NCBI GenBank assembly: GCA_044224905.1
Contig: JBGAJN010000001.1
Coordinates: 1,079,266-1,143,265, forward strand
DNA length: 64,000 nt
Source of the DNA: Limisphaerales bacterium
Lineage (GTDB): Bacteria > Verrucomicrobiota > Verrucomicrobiia > Limisphaerales > JBGAJN01
Direction of reading: 5' to 3'
Made by a program: the position numbers and the translations under genes. Position 1 is the stretch's first letter. The number at the start of each line of letters is the position of its first letter. The notes under the pieces were generated by a model, which was not told the DNA's origin, searched no databases, and was given only the letters and a program-made list of their open reading frames with translations. Below are positions 44,744-56,100 of the stretch, one piece after another.

Positions 44744-47700
44744 TTCAAGGATTTCAAGTAGGCGAACAAGTCGCTCACCTGCTCGGGCTTCATGCTTTCG
44801 AGCAAGCCCTCGGGCATGATCGAGAGATTGAGGAACGCGGAACGCTTCACGTTCGCGCGCGGGATGCGCTGATCGGGGACGTTCGGCTGGCGGAGAACAA
44901 TCGAGCTAGCGTCCTCGGACACGAGCAAGCCTTCGACGAGTTCGTCATCCTTCGTCTCAACGCGATACTTGCGGTAACCACCTTCCATCGCCGCACTCGG
45001 TGTCAGGATGTTTCGGAGCAACGCCTCCACGCCCGTGTTGCCCACGCCGTCGAGTGCGGGCGCGATCTGTCCGCCTTTGCCGCCTTGTTGATGGCAGGTG
45101 AGGCAAATGCTCGTGAAGAGTTCCTTGCCGTGATCGGAACTTCCGCGCTGCTCGGCGAGCGTCCGGAACTTCGCGAATTTCTCCGCCTGCACCTTCGCCT
45201 CCGCTTCCGTCAGCAACGTCGGCAAATCCTCGACGGACTCGGTGCGCGCGGCACCGCTGAGCTTGCCCCAGTTCGCTCCGCTGAAGTGATGCGCGAGACC
45301 AGCCGGCTTCGCTTCGCCTTGGAAGGTGCGGTCGAAATTCTCGCGAATGTCCTTTGCCGAGCGCGCGACATTCCATATCCGATACTCCGCGAGCCAGCCC
45401 GCCGTGCCGCCGGCATTCACGGTTGTGCGACCAACATCCAAACCGGTCAGCTGTGCGGTGCTGGTTTTGGTGCCGGTCGCATCGAGTTCGCCATTGATGA
45501 AAATGCGGAACACACCCTGCGCATCGCGCGTGACCGCGTAATGAGTCCACGCGCCGGGCGTGGTCTTCTTCTTGGCCACCACGACGTCGTTAGCGCCTTT
45601 GACCCACGCGCGGAACTGCGAGTTGAAGAAGTTGATGCTGAGTTGACCGGGCGCGCCGAGGATTGCGTCCTGATTGCCGATGTTCGCATCCAGCTTCGCC
45701 CAACACTCCACCGTGAACGGCCCGTCGAGTGTGAGTTTAGTTTCCACGAAGTCCTTCGTCCCGCCGCTGAGACGCAACGCACGCTTCGCATCGCCGCCGA
45801 GTTCCTTCCACAGCGCGGTGATGCTTTCGTCCTTGGGCAATAACACGCGCAAGCGCTCAACGGTGTTCAAGCCCACGTCCGCCTTCGCAACTGCACCCGA
45901 TTTCAATCCAGCCATCAGCGCCGTCGCACCCGGCTTGCTGGCGGCAAGGCGATCGAGCGCCGCGCCGCGCTGCACCACGGAAATTTTCGGGAGTAACTTC
46001 ACGAGACGCTCGCTGGCATCGGGCGATTTCGATGCGCCAAGAGCGGCGAGGGCCTCGGATTGCACCTCCGGATTCCGCGCGTTGAGCACGATCTTTTCAA
46101 AAACGTCGACCGGACCCGCGCCAAGTTCACGCAGCGCGCGCAGGGCGATCACGCTGTGCGGTCCGATCTTTGCATGCTCGCCCGCTCCCGCATTCGCGCG
46201 GATGCCTTCGGTGAGCAACTTCACCAATTCGGCTTCGGTGCCCGACAGCTTGAACGCACCGGCGACCTCGGCCCCGAGCATGACCTCGGGAACATTTGCG
46301 CTGGCGAGCAACGCCTTCGCGGCAGCGGTGAGCGCGGGCGTGAGCTTCGTGGTATCGAGGCTGGTGCGAAGGTTGAGCAACGCCCGCAACACTCCGGCGC
46401 GTGAACCGGCGTTCGCCAGCGCAGAACCGAGCGAGTCGCTGACGGCGGGTTCGCCGAAATGCGCGGCGAGTGTGCGGACTTCCTCGTCGTCGAGCGGGCG
46501 CTTCAAATCGGGAACCAGTTTCGCGAGGCCGATGGCGGATTCCTTGCCGCCGAGCGCGAGCGTGGCGAGGACGCGATTCTCGAGCGGCAACGCCTTGCCT
46601 TCGCTCGACGCGAGTAGTGCAGCAGTGCTTTGCGGATTCGCCTCCATTGCCCAGCGCGCGAGATAGCGCTCAAACTCGCGTTCGTATTTCTCCGTGTCGC
46701 TACCAGTCGCGAGCGGTTCGCGACCAAGCCCGGCAGCGAGCGCCATCACGCGGGGACTCGCTTTGGGCACACGCCGCAACGCATCGCCCACGGCGGCGCG
46801 GACGCTCGGTTGAGCGTCGGTGATCAACGGAGCAGCGATGCTGACGAACTCCGTTTCCGGTCGCGGTTGCGCAGCGGCAATGCGCGCCGCTTCGTGGCGG
46901 AGGTTGGGATTTTTATCAGCGGCGAGAACTACCAGCGTCGCCGTCGCAATCGGCTTCAATCCTTCAAGAGCCCAAAGCGCGCCGAGGCGGCGATCAGCCG
47001 AAGCGGTTTTATCGGCGACGATCTTCTCCAAGTCCGGCGCGAGGCCGATTGCTTTGCTATCAATGATCTCCAACCACGCGAGCCGCGAGACGACGGCGTT
47101 GGGACCACCGAGTTGCGCAACCAGTTCTTTCTCCGAAAGCTTCGTGAGATCGGGCGGTGTGACGCGAGGCTGGCCTTTCGCGCGCACGCGCCAGATGCGG
47201 CCGCGCGTCTTGTCGCGGTCGGGATGCGTGCGCGGCACCTCGTTGTGCGAAATGATTTTGTTATACCAATCAGTGATGTAGAGGCAGCCGTCGGGACCGA
47301 ACTCAATCGCCACGGGACGGAACCAGCGGTCAGTGGTGGTGATGAAGTCGGCGAGTTTCTCGTAGCGATAACGCGGGCCGTCGGGCGTGGCTTTGATCAC
47401 GTTGATCACGCTGGTGATCGGATTCGCGAGGTAGAAAATCTTCGAGCCCGCATCGGTCGTGAGATGTTTCTTGAACGGCGTGTCGCGATCGTCGGCCAGC
47501 GCGAGGCCGCTCAAGCCGGTGCCACCCATCTGCGGCGGATTGATCGTGCCGGGAAACAGCGGTTGATAGGGACGCAGCTTTTCCTTCGAGCCGGTGCGGA
47601 TGAGGATGCCCGGCTCGTAGGGCACGATGGGGTTGCCCTGATCGTTCGCTTCCTGAATCCACGTTTCGCCCTCGCGACCGATGGTGAGGCCCCAGATGTT

Positions 47701-49098
47701 GTTGGGGCCGGCGGTGAGATTCTCGAAAAGCGAACCGTCCAGCGTGAAGCGCGCGAGCTTGCACTGGTTGAAGGCCACTTCGGTCGCGCCGTCGGCGAAA
47801 GGTTTTCCGCCGGGACGAACGACCGTGGAGCGATTGAACAATCCCTGCGCCACAAGCATCCAGCCGCCGGGCACGCGTGTGAACTGGTGCGGAAACAAAT
47901 GGGAATCCTGCGTGCCAAATCCTGTGAGAATGACGTCGTGCTTCTCGGCGCGACCGTCGCCGTTCGCATCGCGATAGAAACGGATGTCGGGTCCGTATTG
48001 GACGAACGCGCCGTCCTTGTAGGGCTGGAGGCCGAGCGGCATCACGAGACCGTCGGCGAAAATGCGCGGCTGGGCGGGCGCGGTGCCGTAGGGATTGTCG
48101 AACACCACCACTTTATCGCGACCGCCCTTCGCGAAGAGCGCGTCGGAAGAGGCTTTGTTTTCGTTCGCGTCCACGGGGTATTCGAGCGCAGTCATCGTCC
48201 AGAGGCGCATCTTCGCGTCCCAAACCGTGGTGATGAATTTGCCGAGGCCCTCGCTCTCGGCGGCGACGAGCTCGATTTCAAAACCGGCCGGAAGCGTGAA
48301 TGACTTGCGCTGCTCCTCGGGCGTCTGCGCCGTGGAGGTGATGGCGTTGTAGCTAATGTCGCGCTTCGCGCCTTTTGCGTCGGCATTCTTCTTCTCGCCG
48401 GCCTTGGGCGCCGATTGGGGGCGCGGCTTGAAGCCACCGAGCTTTTCCCACGTCGGCGCGTTGGACGTGGGCGGCAGTTCCTCGATGAACACATCTTTCA
48501 CCTGCACGAGCGCCGCGCCGCCGCTGTGAATCTGAACACCGATGCGACCGTCCTGCGCAATGTCCGGCTCGGTTTCGGTGAAATCCAGCGCGGGCACGCC
48601 GTTGATCCACGAACGGATGCGCGGTCCCTCGGTGCGGATGCGATACTCGTTCCAGTCACCCTCGTGAATCGCCGCTGCCGCCGCTTTCGGATCGACCGAG
48701 TCAGCGATGACTTTGTTGCGGCGCGCCTCGTCGTAAAGTTTCCCATACCAGCCGGGGCCGTAGTCCACCTGATAACCGCTCATGTGACTGCCACCGGGCA
48801 CGCGGACACTGCGGATCTGCACGCCGCTGTTGATCATGCCGGTTTTGGGATCGCCGGTGAGTTTGATTTTGATGCGCAGGTCGAAGTTGTGAAACGACTT
48901 CACAGTGGCGACGAAATCATTGTGCGAGATCTTGTTCACGCCATCGCCGCCGGTGATCAAGCCGTCCTGCACGCGCCAGAGCGTTGGATCGGCATCCCAA
49001 CCGTTGAGCGTCTTGCCGTCGAAGAGCGAGACGGGCTCCGCGGCGAACGTCGCGAAGTGTGCGAGCAACAGAGCGGTGAGGGTGAGGAGTTGTTTCAT
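44740..49098 (-). CDS. PVC-type multidomain heme-binding protein (signal peptide, DUF1080, dehydrogenase-like beta-propeller, HEAT repeats, LamG, C-terminal cytochrome c CxxCH)
   Basis: 1452 aa from ATG 49098 (MKQLLTLTALLLAHFATFA). The DUF1080 pattern is LFDGKTLNGW...W.V.DG.I.G. A propeller region follows (DGCLYITDWYN). There is a long HEAT-like helical stretch and a LamG block (FTVECWAKLD...WTHYAVTRD..G..RIFINGEL). The C-terminus reads GKELFTSICLTCHQQGGKGG. The ATG overlaps the stop of the upstream sulfatase (ATGA). Confidence 0.88.
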   Translation of the reverse strand: MKQLLTLTALLLAHFATFAAEPVSLFDGKTLNGWDADPTLWRVQDGLITGGDGVNKISHNDFVATVKSFHNFDLRIKIKLTGDPKTGMINSGVQIRSVRVPGGSHMSGYQVDYGPGWYGKLYDEARRNKVIADSVDPKAAAAAIHEGDWNEYRIRTEGPRIRSWINGVPALDFTETEPDIAQDGRIGVQIHSGGAALVQVKDVFIEELPPTSNAPTWEKLGGFKPRPQSAPKAGEKKNADAKGAKRDISYNAITSTAQTPEEQRKSFTLPAGFEIELVAAESEGLGKFITTVWDAKMRLWTMTALEYPVDANENKASSDALFAKGGRDKVVVFDNPYGTAPAQPRIFADGLVMPLGLQPYKDGAFVQYGPDIRFYRDANGDGRAEKHDVILTGFGTQDSHLFPHQFTRVPGGWMLVAQGLFNRSTVVRPGGKPFADGATEVAFNQCKLARFTLDGSLFENLTAGPNNIWGLTIGREGETWIQEANDQGNPIVPYEPGILIRTGSKEKLRPYQPLFPGTINPPQMGGTGLSGLALADDRDTPFKKHLTTDAGSKIFYLANPITSVINVIKATPDGPRYRYEKLADFITTTDRWFRPVAIEFGPDGCLYITDWYNKIISHNEVPRTHPDRDKTRGRIWRVRAKGQPRVTPPDLTKLSEKELVAQLGGPNAVVSRLAWLEIIDSKAIGLAPDLEKIVADKTASADRRLGALWALEGLKPIATATLVVLAADKNPNLRHEAARIAAAQPRPETEFVSIAAPLITDAQPSVRAAVGDALRRVPKASPRVMALAAGLGREPLATGSDTEKYEREFERYLARWAMEANPQSTAALLASSEGKALPLENRVLATLALGGKESAIGLAKLVPDLKRPLDDEEVRTLAAHFGEPAVSDSLGSALANAGSRAGVLRALLNLRTSLDTTKLTPALTAAAKALLASANVPEVMLGAEVAGAFKLSGTEAELVKLLTEGIRANAGAGEHAKIGPHSVIALRALRELGAGPVDVFEKIVLNARNPEVQSEALAALGASKSPDASERLVKLLPKISVVQRGAALDRLAASKPGATALMAGLKSGAVAKADVGLNTVERLRVLLPKDESITALWKELGGDAKRALRLSGGTKDFVETKLTLDGPFTVECWAKLDANIGNQDAILGAPGQLSINFFNSQFRAWVKGANDVVVAKKKTTPGAWTHYAVTRDAQGVFRIFINGELDATGTKTSTAQLTGLDVGRTTVNAGGTAGWLAEYRIWNVARSAKDIRENFDRTFQGEAKPAGLAHHFSGANWGKLSGAARTESVEDLPTLLTEAEAKVQAEKFAKFRTLAEQRGSSDHGKELFTSICLTCHQQGGKGGQIAPALDGVGNTGVEALLRNILTPSAAMEGGYRKYRVETKDDELVEGLLVSEDASSIVLRQPNVPDQRIPRANVKRSAFLNLSIMPEGLLESMKPEQVSDLFAYLKSLK

Positions 49099-50687
49099 AA
49101 AGCGGGTGCGGTGCGGGACTGAGTTTGACATTCCTTGAGGCGGGCCTTCAAGCGGGCGGCGATTTCGGGATGTTCGCGGACCACGTTGCGGGATTGCCGC
49201 GGATCGGCCGCGAGATCGTAGAGTTGTTCAGCGGGCGCATCGGGTTTGAATTTGCCGCCGACAATATCGCTGTTCTTTTCGCCAGCAAATTTAAGCGCAG
49301 CCGGACCGCCCAGTCCGTGTTCGCCCGGCTTGGTGCCGCCGAAACCGCCGCCGCCGCGGGCGCCGATGTAAACCCAATGTCCTTCGCGCAACGCGAGGTT
49401 GGCACTTTTGTGGGGAGCCAGCACCGCGTGATCACGAATCGCTTGGGTGGGCGCGCCGATGAGAGTGGGGAGTTGATTGAAACTGTCGGGCGCATCGGTG
49501 CCCGTGATTCGAGCGCCGGTGAGCGCGGCGAAGGTGGCGAGAAAATCCACGTGACACAGAAGCTGCTCGGACACGGAGCCGGCGGGAATTTTGCCTGGCC
49601 AGCGCGCGATGAATGGGACGCGGTGCCCGCCTTCCCAGGCGTCGAACTTGAAGCCGAGCAGATCGCCATTGAGACGATGACCGGCCTTCCACGCATCCTG
49701 ACCGCCTTGGTTCAACATCCCGCCGTTGTCGCTCGTGAGGATGACGAGGGTGTTGTCGCGCAGCTTGAGTTCATCGAGCGTGCGCATCACCTCACCGACC
49801 ATCCAATCGAATTCCTGGATGAAATCGCCGTAGCGACCGGCTTGGCTGCTGCCTTTGAATCGCGCACCCGGCGTGAACGGGTGATGAATGTGCGGCGTGG
49901 CGAAGTAGAGAAAAAACGGCGCGTCTTTGTGCGCGCGCATCCAAGCGATGGCTTTGTCGGTGAGGGTGGAACCGACTTCTTCATCGCGGTAAAGCGCGTG
50001 CGCGGCTTTCGCACCTGACATTGCGGGCGCCAGCATTTTCTCGGGAAATTCCTGCGTGATTTCCTTCCCGCCGTAAACGAGCGGGTTCGTCGGATCGAGT
50101 CCGACCACGCGATGATCCTCGACCCAGACGAACGGCGGATGACTGCTCACCACTGGAATGCCAAAGTAGTGATCGAAGCCCAGTTCCAGCGGGCCGGGGT
50201 TGAGGTCGTCATTCCAATCGGGCTTCGCTTTACTGCCGAAACCGAGATGCCACTTGCCGAAGCAGGCGGTTGCGTAGCCTTGGTGCTTGAGCAGACTCGC
50301 GACCGTTGTGCGCGCGGTGTCCACGACCAGCGGGCTGGGATTCATCACGGGGCCCCAGAGATTCTTGCGGAAAGGATATTCGCCCGTGAGCAACGCGTAG
50401 CGTGATGGCGTGCAAACCGCCGAGGCCGAATGCGCATCGGTGAATCGCCGCCCCTCGCTCGCGAGACGATCCATGTTCGGCGTCTTCACCTTTGTCGCGC
50501 CGTAGCAGCCTACGTCGCCGTAACCCAGATCATCGGCGAGGATGAGAACGATGTTCGGCTTCGGAGGCTCCGCGGCGTCGAGGCGCTCCAGACCGAACAG
50601 GCCGCCGAGCACAAGCAGTGACACGGCGCCGATGGAGGAGAACATTTTCATCGCGGATTTGACGGTGTTGGTAGCATATCGCGGCAA
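49095..50687 (-). CDS. arylsulfatase-family sulfatase (Cys-type, formylglycine)
   Basis: PNIVLILADDLGYGDVGCYG and the active-site motif AVCTPSRYALLTGEY (C-x-P-x-R). There is a signal peptide. The true start is probably ATG 50651 or 50645 (MKMFSSIGAVSLLVLGG). Confidence 0.92.
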   Translation of the reverse strand: MPRYATNTVKSAMKMFSSIGAVSLLVLGGLFGLERLDAAEPPKPNIVLILADDLGYGDVGCYGATKVKTPNMDRLASEGRRFTDAHSASAVCTPSRYALLTGEYPFRKNLWGPVMNPSPLVVDTARTTVASLLKHQGYATACFGKWHLGFGSKAKPDWNDDLNPGPLELGFDHYFGIPVVSSHPPFVWVEDHRVVGLDPTNPLVYGGKEITQEFPEKMLAPAMSGAKAAHALYRDEEVGSTLTDKAIAWMRAHKDAPFFLYFATPHIHHPFTPGARFKGSSQAGRYGDFIQEFDWMVGEVMRTLDELKLRDNTLVILTSDNGGMLNQGGQDAWKAGHRLNGDLLGFKFDAWEGGHRVPFIARWPGKIPAGSVSEQLLCHVDFLATFAALTGARITGTDAPDSFNQLPTLIGAPTQAIRDHAVLAPHKSANLALREGHWVYIGARGGGGFGGTKPGEHGLGGPAALKFAGEKNSDIVGGKFKPDAPAEQLYDLAADPRQSRNVVREHPEIAARLKARLKECQTQSRTAPAL

Positions 50688-50695
50688 CTTTCAAC

Positions 50696-51541
50696 ATGTC
50701 CAAAACCCACCAAGACTTGCGCGAGACGACGGTGAACGGCACGCGCACCCAACTGGCGATGCTCACGGCTGAGCACTGTGCGCCGCTGCGATTGCATCGC
50801 ATCGCGCACGTCGGCTGGGCGGATGCGGCGGTTCCATTTCGTCGCGTGCGATTGCAGCCGAGCGGGAGCTACGTGCTCGTGTGCGTGTCGGGTGAGGGGA
50901 GGATATTGCTCGATGGCCGCTGGCAACATTGTCGCCAAGGCATGGCGTGCCTCGCTCCGCCGCGCGTGCTCAATGCCTTTCACTCCGTGCCTGGGAAACG
51001 CTGGCGCATCTGCTGGGTGCGCTACGATGAACCCGCAGGCATACGGCCGGTCGTCAGCGCGGCGTCGCCGGTGAAGGCGCGGTGCGATGCGCGCGTGATG
51101 GCGTGTGCGATTGAAGGTCTGATGGCCGAGTCGGCCGGCCGTGCCGACGCACGGCTGGCGCATCACTGGATCGAACTCATCCACGCGCAGGCGCAACGAC
51201 TCGCCCGTCCGTGGCATCTGAATGAGCGTCTGTGGCAAGTGTGGAAGAAAGCGGAGGCCAACCTCGCCGCCGATTGGTCCGCGCGCGAACTCGCAAAGCT
51301 CGCGCATTGCAGCGAAGAACATTTGCGCCGCCTTTGCCTGCGCGAACTTGGCCGCAGTCCGATGCAGCAGCTCACTTCTCTCCGCATGCAACGCGCCGCG
51401 GAATTGCTTGAGCGCACCGATGACAAACTCGAAGTCATCGCCGCCGCCGTCGGCTACGGCAACGCCTTCGGACTTTCGAAGGTCTTCAAGAAGTGGATCG
51501 GCACCAGCCCGTCCGAGTATCGGGCGAAGTCAGCTGGCTGA
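50696..51541 (+). CDS. AraC-family transcriptional regulator
   Basis: 281 aa. C-terminal double HTH (LAKLAHCSEEHLRRLCLRELGRSPMQQLTSLRMQRAAELLERTDDKLEVIAAAVGYGNAFGLSKVFKKWIGTSPSEYR). Divergent from the sulfatase operon. Confidence 0.92.
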   Translation: MSKTHQDLRETTVNGTRTQLAMLTAEHCAPLRLHRIAHVGWADAAVPFRRVRLQPSGSYVLVCVSGEGRILLDGRWQHCRQGMACLAPPRVLNAFHSVPGKRWRICWVRYDEPAGIRPVVSAASPVKARCDARVMACAIEGLMAESAGRADARLAHHWIELIHAQAQRLARPWHLNERLWQVWKKAEANLAADWSARELAKLAHCSEEHLRRLCLRELGRSPMQQLTSLRMQRAAELLERTDDKLEVIAAAVGYGNAFGLSKVFKKWIGTSPSEYRAKSAG

Positions 51542-51598
51542 CAGCGCGACGCGATTTGGGCGCCCACGTCCGGAGTCGGATCAAACGCACGACAAGTT

Positions 51599-53038
51599 CT
51601 AGGAATTCCCGCGACTCGTCTGGGCGGCTACAGCCGCGCGGCGATACCGGTACGCGATGTGCATGCCGAGATAGATCAAGCCCAGCATCGTGGCGAAGGG
51701 CACGCTGTGTTCGCGTAACCAGCGTCCGATTCCCGGGAGGCGTGCGAGAATATCGATCACCATGAAGAGGCTCAGGCACGTGGTGACGGTCCAGTCGTTT
51801 TTGCCGACCGCGAGCGCTTCATCGACGAGCCCTGCGATCAGCGGCATCAAGAGCAGGAAGTAGTAATTGTGCGCCACCGGGCTGATGACGAGCGTAATGC
51901 CCATGAGGCTACCCAGCACGAGAGCCATTTGGCGCGGTGAATCCGTGCGCTGTTGCCAACCCGAGACGAAACACCACGCCAGCAACATCAGGCTTCCGAC
52001 GGCATACACGGTCAGGCGTTCCCACGGCTCGGCCTTCAGCGGTCGCTGTCCCGCCGGAAAACTCCAGCGATGAATGTTGGCGAGCAGCGATTGATTGTCA
52101 GTGGCGCCCATGTTGGTGAGCTCCTGCGCGCGCGACGCGTCCTGTCCTGTCCCGAGGCCGGGCTTGATGAGGACGTCGACGTAAGTTTGATAGGCGTCGA
52201 TCGTGCCCTTGGGCCCGAACGCGATGACGGGAATAATCACCAGCAGCAGTGTTAACCCGAGCGCGACGCCCAGAATCATTCGCCAGTGCCGACGCCACGC
52301 GGGGTAAAACAAAATTACGGTCGGGAAAACTTTCATCGACGCCGGCACCGAGAGGAAAATTCCGGCGAGGACGTTGCGTCCGCGCGATGCAAAATAGATC
52401 GCCAACGAAAGCGCCGCTAGCATCACCAAGTCGACCTGTCCACGTGACAAGTCCGTGCCGATCGAGGTGATGCAAATAAGCATGGGGATCACGCGCAGCG
52501 TCCACCAGCGTCGGCGCTGCCCTTTCTCCGAAGGCGGCGGCTCATTCCAACGACAACCATCAAGCGCGCAGGCCAGCGCTTGCGCGGAAACGAAGGTGAG
52601 AAAGACGCTGATCACATACCACGCGCCGGCGATCCAAAAGAACCGCAGATTGTCATCATGGAGTCCGTAATAATTTCCCGGCGCGTCGATCGGGTATCCC
52701 CACGGAGTGTTCTCGGCGGTGCGCGGCGTGCCCGGAGGCAGCGGTTTCGGCGGCACGGGAACCGGATGGGCAAGCGGCCGCATCAGGATCGCGGTGGCCG
52801 GCGGATAGTTGTAATGCCAGTCGCGCCAGTCTACGACGTGATAAAGATCTTGGCCGTAGCGAACCGCCCCGGCACCCACGACGTAGACGCCGAGATCGGT
52901 CATCGGAACGCGACGCAGCGCCGTGCGGCGTTCCAAATTGTAGCCGAAGCCCAGAATGATCAGCAGGCCAAAGGACAGGAGGGAGATTTCGAGGCGACTC
53001 AAGCGCCACGTGCGAGTTGATGAAATGGGATCAGCCAC
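51599..53038 (-). CDS. polytopic membrane glycosyltransferase, GT87/DUF2029-like
   Basis: 479 aa with more than 10 TM helices. The N-terminal loop motif DLGVYVVGAGAVRYGQDLY....W.YNYPPATAILM is typical of DUF2029 mannosyl/arabinosyl-type transferases. Confidence 0.75.
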   Translation of the reverse strand: MADPISSTRTWRLSRLEISLLSFGLLIILGFGYNLERRTALRRVPMTDLGVYVVGAGAVRYGQDLYHVVDWRDWHYNYPPATAILMRPLAHPVPVPPKPLPPGTPRTAENTPWGYPIDAPGNYYGLHDDNLRFFWIAGAWYVISVFLTFVSAQALACALDGCRWNEPPPSEKGQRRRWWTLRVIPMLICITSIGTDLSRGQVDLVMLAALSLAIYFASRGRNVLAGIFLSVPASMKVFPTVILFYPAWRRHWRMILGVALGLTLLLVIIPVIAFGPKGTIDAYQTYVDVLIKPGLGTGQDASRAQELTNMGATDNQSLLANIHRWSFPAGQRPLKAEPWERLTVYAVGSLMLLAWCFVSGWQQRTDSPRQMALVLGSLMGITLVISPVAHNYYFLLLMPLIAGLVDEALAVGKNDWTVTTCLSLFMVIDILARLPGIGRWLREHSVPFATMLGLIYLGMHIAYRYRRAAVAAQTSRGNS

Positions 53039-53136
53039 GCGCGGAGACTATGAATACACCGGTTCGACGACAACCCCCTTTTGTCGCGAAATCGATTTGC
53101 GAACGCTGGCGAAGTCCACGCGACTACGTCCCGATC

Positions 53137-56100
53137 TTAAATCGGTTGCGCGCCTAGTGTTCCGCGGAGGCTTTCAAGATGAGCCGGCGTTTTCACCTTC
53201 GCCAGCGTCGCGCGAGCCAACGCGAGACGTTGCTGGATGCCGAGTCGAGCGGCTTCGTCGGCGTAGTTGGCCTTGGCGACGAAGCTTTCGAGACAGCGCA
53301 CGTGACGATCCCACAACTTCACGTCGAGCTGCTGTTTCGCGGCGATGCGCGCGGCGTACCAGTCGCTCGCCAGCAGGCTCTCGCGAGTGAACAACGCGCG
53401 CAGCTCGGGGTGATTGAGGTCTTTGCCCTCGAACGCATCGTCCCGCATGATGTGCAGCAGCGCGCGCAACGGCGGACACGCCAGGGCAATGCTGCCGTCG
53501 TCGAAATACGCCTGCGCCACGCGACGTTGCGTGGCAACGATGTTATCCATGCCGTCGACGAAAATGTCCCAGTCCTGCTGCTCAGGTCGGAGCATCTTCT
53601 CATTGAAGACGACGTAAGGATGGTTGAACACGCGGCCGAAAAAGGCGTTCACGAACCGCGTGGTGATGCGGTAGCCAAGTCGGCTCGATAAGACCGTGCC
53701 GTTGGCGTGTTTGAAGTCTTCGATTTTTTCGAGATAGCCTTCGCGGATCAGAAATTTCGGATCGCGTTCGGCAACGCTCATTCGGCACCAGACCTCGGGG
53801 ATCAAGAGGCTCACGTCGTGATCGACGCGCAGGTGAGGTCCAACGCAGCCGGCCGAAGTGATGAACGCGTTGGCTTGCGTGAGGATGTGCGAAACGAGCG
53901 CGTTGTTCAGATCGATGATCGGCGGGAGCGCGTTGAACGGGCCCTTGGTGAGCGCGCCTTCGGAGCCCGCGCCCGTGGTCGAGGGCGACTTGCCGGTCAT
54001 GCTGCAAATGAACTCCATGAAGAGCTCCGGCAATTCCATGTAGTGAATGGGATTGAACACCGCGAGCGAACGGATTTTTCCTTCGGGCGGATTGTTGCGG
54101 CGTCCGGGCACCACAGCCGTGACCGGTGTATGCAACGGTTCATCCGGCGGAATTCGCCGGCGCAAACGCGCGCCCATCTCGGCGAGATACACGCCACGCG
54201 GGTTCAGCAGATCTGGGCGCACTTGGAGGTAGCGCGGGTTCTTGGACGGCTTACCCTCGACGATGCGGGGGTGCGCGGAGGAAACGAAGTAACTGGGCAC
54301 TCCGGTTTCCACCATCGAGCGGATGATGTTTTGCATCGGCTCGGTGAACTTCACGAAGCCGATCGATTCCTCCACGAGTTCGCGCGCTTGCGCGACCGTC
54401 AGCGGCTCGTAGTTGGAAAAGAAATTACCCGGCTGCGCGAAGTCGATCTCGGTTTGCTTGTCGTAGCCGCGATGAATCGCGTCGTCGGGACGTTGAAACA
54501 GGCGTTGTTCGCAGTTCTTCACGAACTTCACGGACGGCGACTGATCCTCTTCGTTGAGATTCTTCAACGCCGCCGCCGGCACGACGACAGACGCGGTGAT
54601 GTCGTCCTCGAGTTGCACTTTCATCGCGGGATGAAAATCCTTCCGCAGTCCGAACGTGCGCCACGCGCCATCCGCATCGTAGCCGACGCGAAGATAGTTC
54701 GAGGCGAGTTTGCGGTTGTCGCACTTGAGCTCGTTCCCCGGCGTGCCGTTGATGATGTCCACGCTGAAGTGCTCGCGCCACGCGTCGCCCCACTCGGGCT
54801 TGTAGAAACGCTTCACGACGAAGACGAGCTCCTTGATGTATTGCGGAATGGAGCGCAGCCACTCGTTGTAATCGTCCGTGTAATCCTGCGACGACGGCGT
54901 GAGCAGCTTGATCACGGATCCAAGTGAACGCTCGGCGCTGAGGATGGAACGGCTGTCGGAGTTTTGCTTGGCGGGATCGCGGAAACGATCCGAGTAATCA
55001 CGGCGGATCATCTTGCTGATGAGATCGAACTCACGTTTGAAATCCGCAACGAACACGGGGCCTTGCAGCACGGCGTCGGTGATCGGCTTGGAAATTTCCG
55101 ATTTGCCACCACCGGAAACGGTGCATGGCTTGTGGCACAACGTGCCTTCCGCGACGGTGCCGATGAGCCGCCACGCGCGATTGCCCGGCGGCTTTTCCAT
55201 GTGAACTTTGTAGCCAGACGGGCGCACATAAGTTCTACCCGCCAGCAACTTGATACTGCGCGTCACCGTGCCATCCACCCAGCTCACCGTTTGCTTGTGC
55301 AGGTCGAAATGAACGTGTTCGGGCACGTAGACGATGTCGGGAAACTTTTTGTCGATCGCGTAACCCTCGGGCTTCACCTCCATCACGTCGCCGTAGAGTG
55401 AAACCATTTCGGCAAACGTGTGGGGCAACGGGCGCACGTGATGTTCTCCGTGAAATTCCTCACCGAGATCGTAGCTCGCGAATACCAGCGCGCCGCCAGC
55501 GTGTTCTTCCTCGCACAAGCCGAAAAGATTCGCCGAATAGCTGATCTGCGTTTTGACCTCTTTCTTGCAGTAGCCGTAGTAGTTGTCGGCGATGATGGTG
55601 ATCATCACGCCGTTCGCATCGCGGCTCGTCAGCTTGAAGGCGTTGCCGTTGTTGTAACGTTCCTCGGGCGTACGCCAGCAGAGACCATCGCGGCGCTGGC
55701 GTTCGGTGGCTTGATCCCAATGCGGAAGCCCGCAGTCCTTCTTGGTCACGGTGACCAGGTGCGGCGCGAGAATCACGCAGCCCGTGTGACCGGTCCAGTG
55801 TTCCACGTCCAGTGCAGCGTCGTTTTCCGGCAAATAAGGATCGCCAGCGTTGCTGAAAATACTCTCAATGAAATCGAGATTGCTCACGAGGTTACCGGGA
55901 ACGAAGAAGCGCATCTCCATCGATTTTTCCGGCGTGAAACCCGGAACCTCCGGACACACCAGTGGACGCAACAGCAACGAAACGAAACATTCCGCCTGCG
56001 CGGTTTGCGAAGACGTGAACGGCAAGCGCATGAGTTCGCGCGGAGGGTTCAGCGCGACGTGCAGCAAATGCCCGAACGCATTTGTCGGCACCGACAACTT

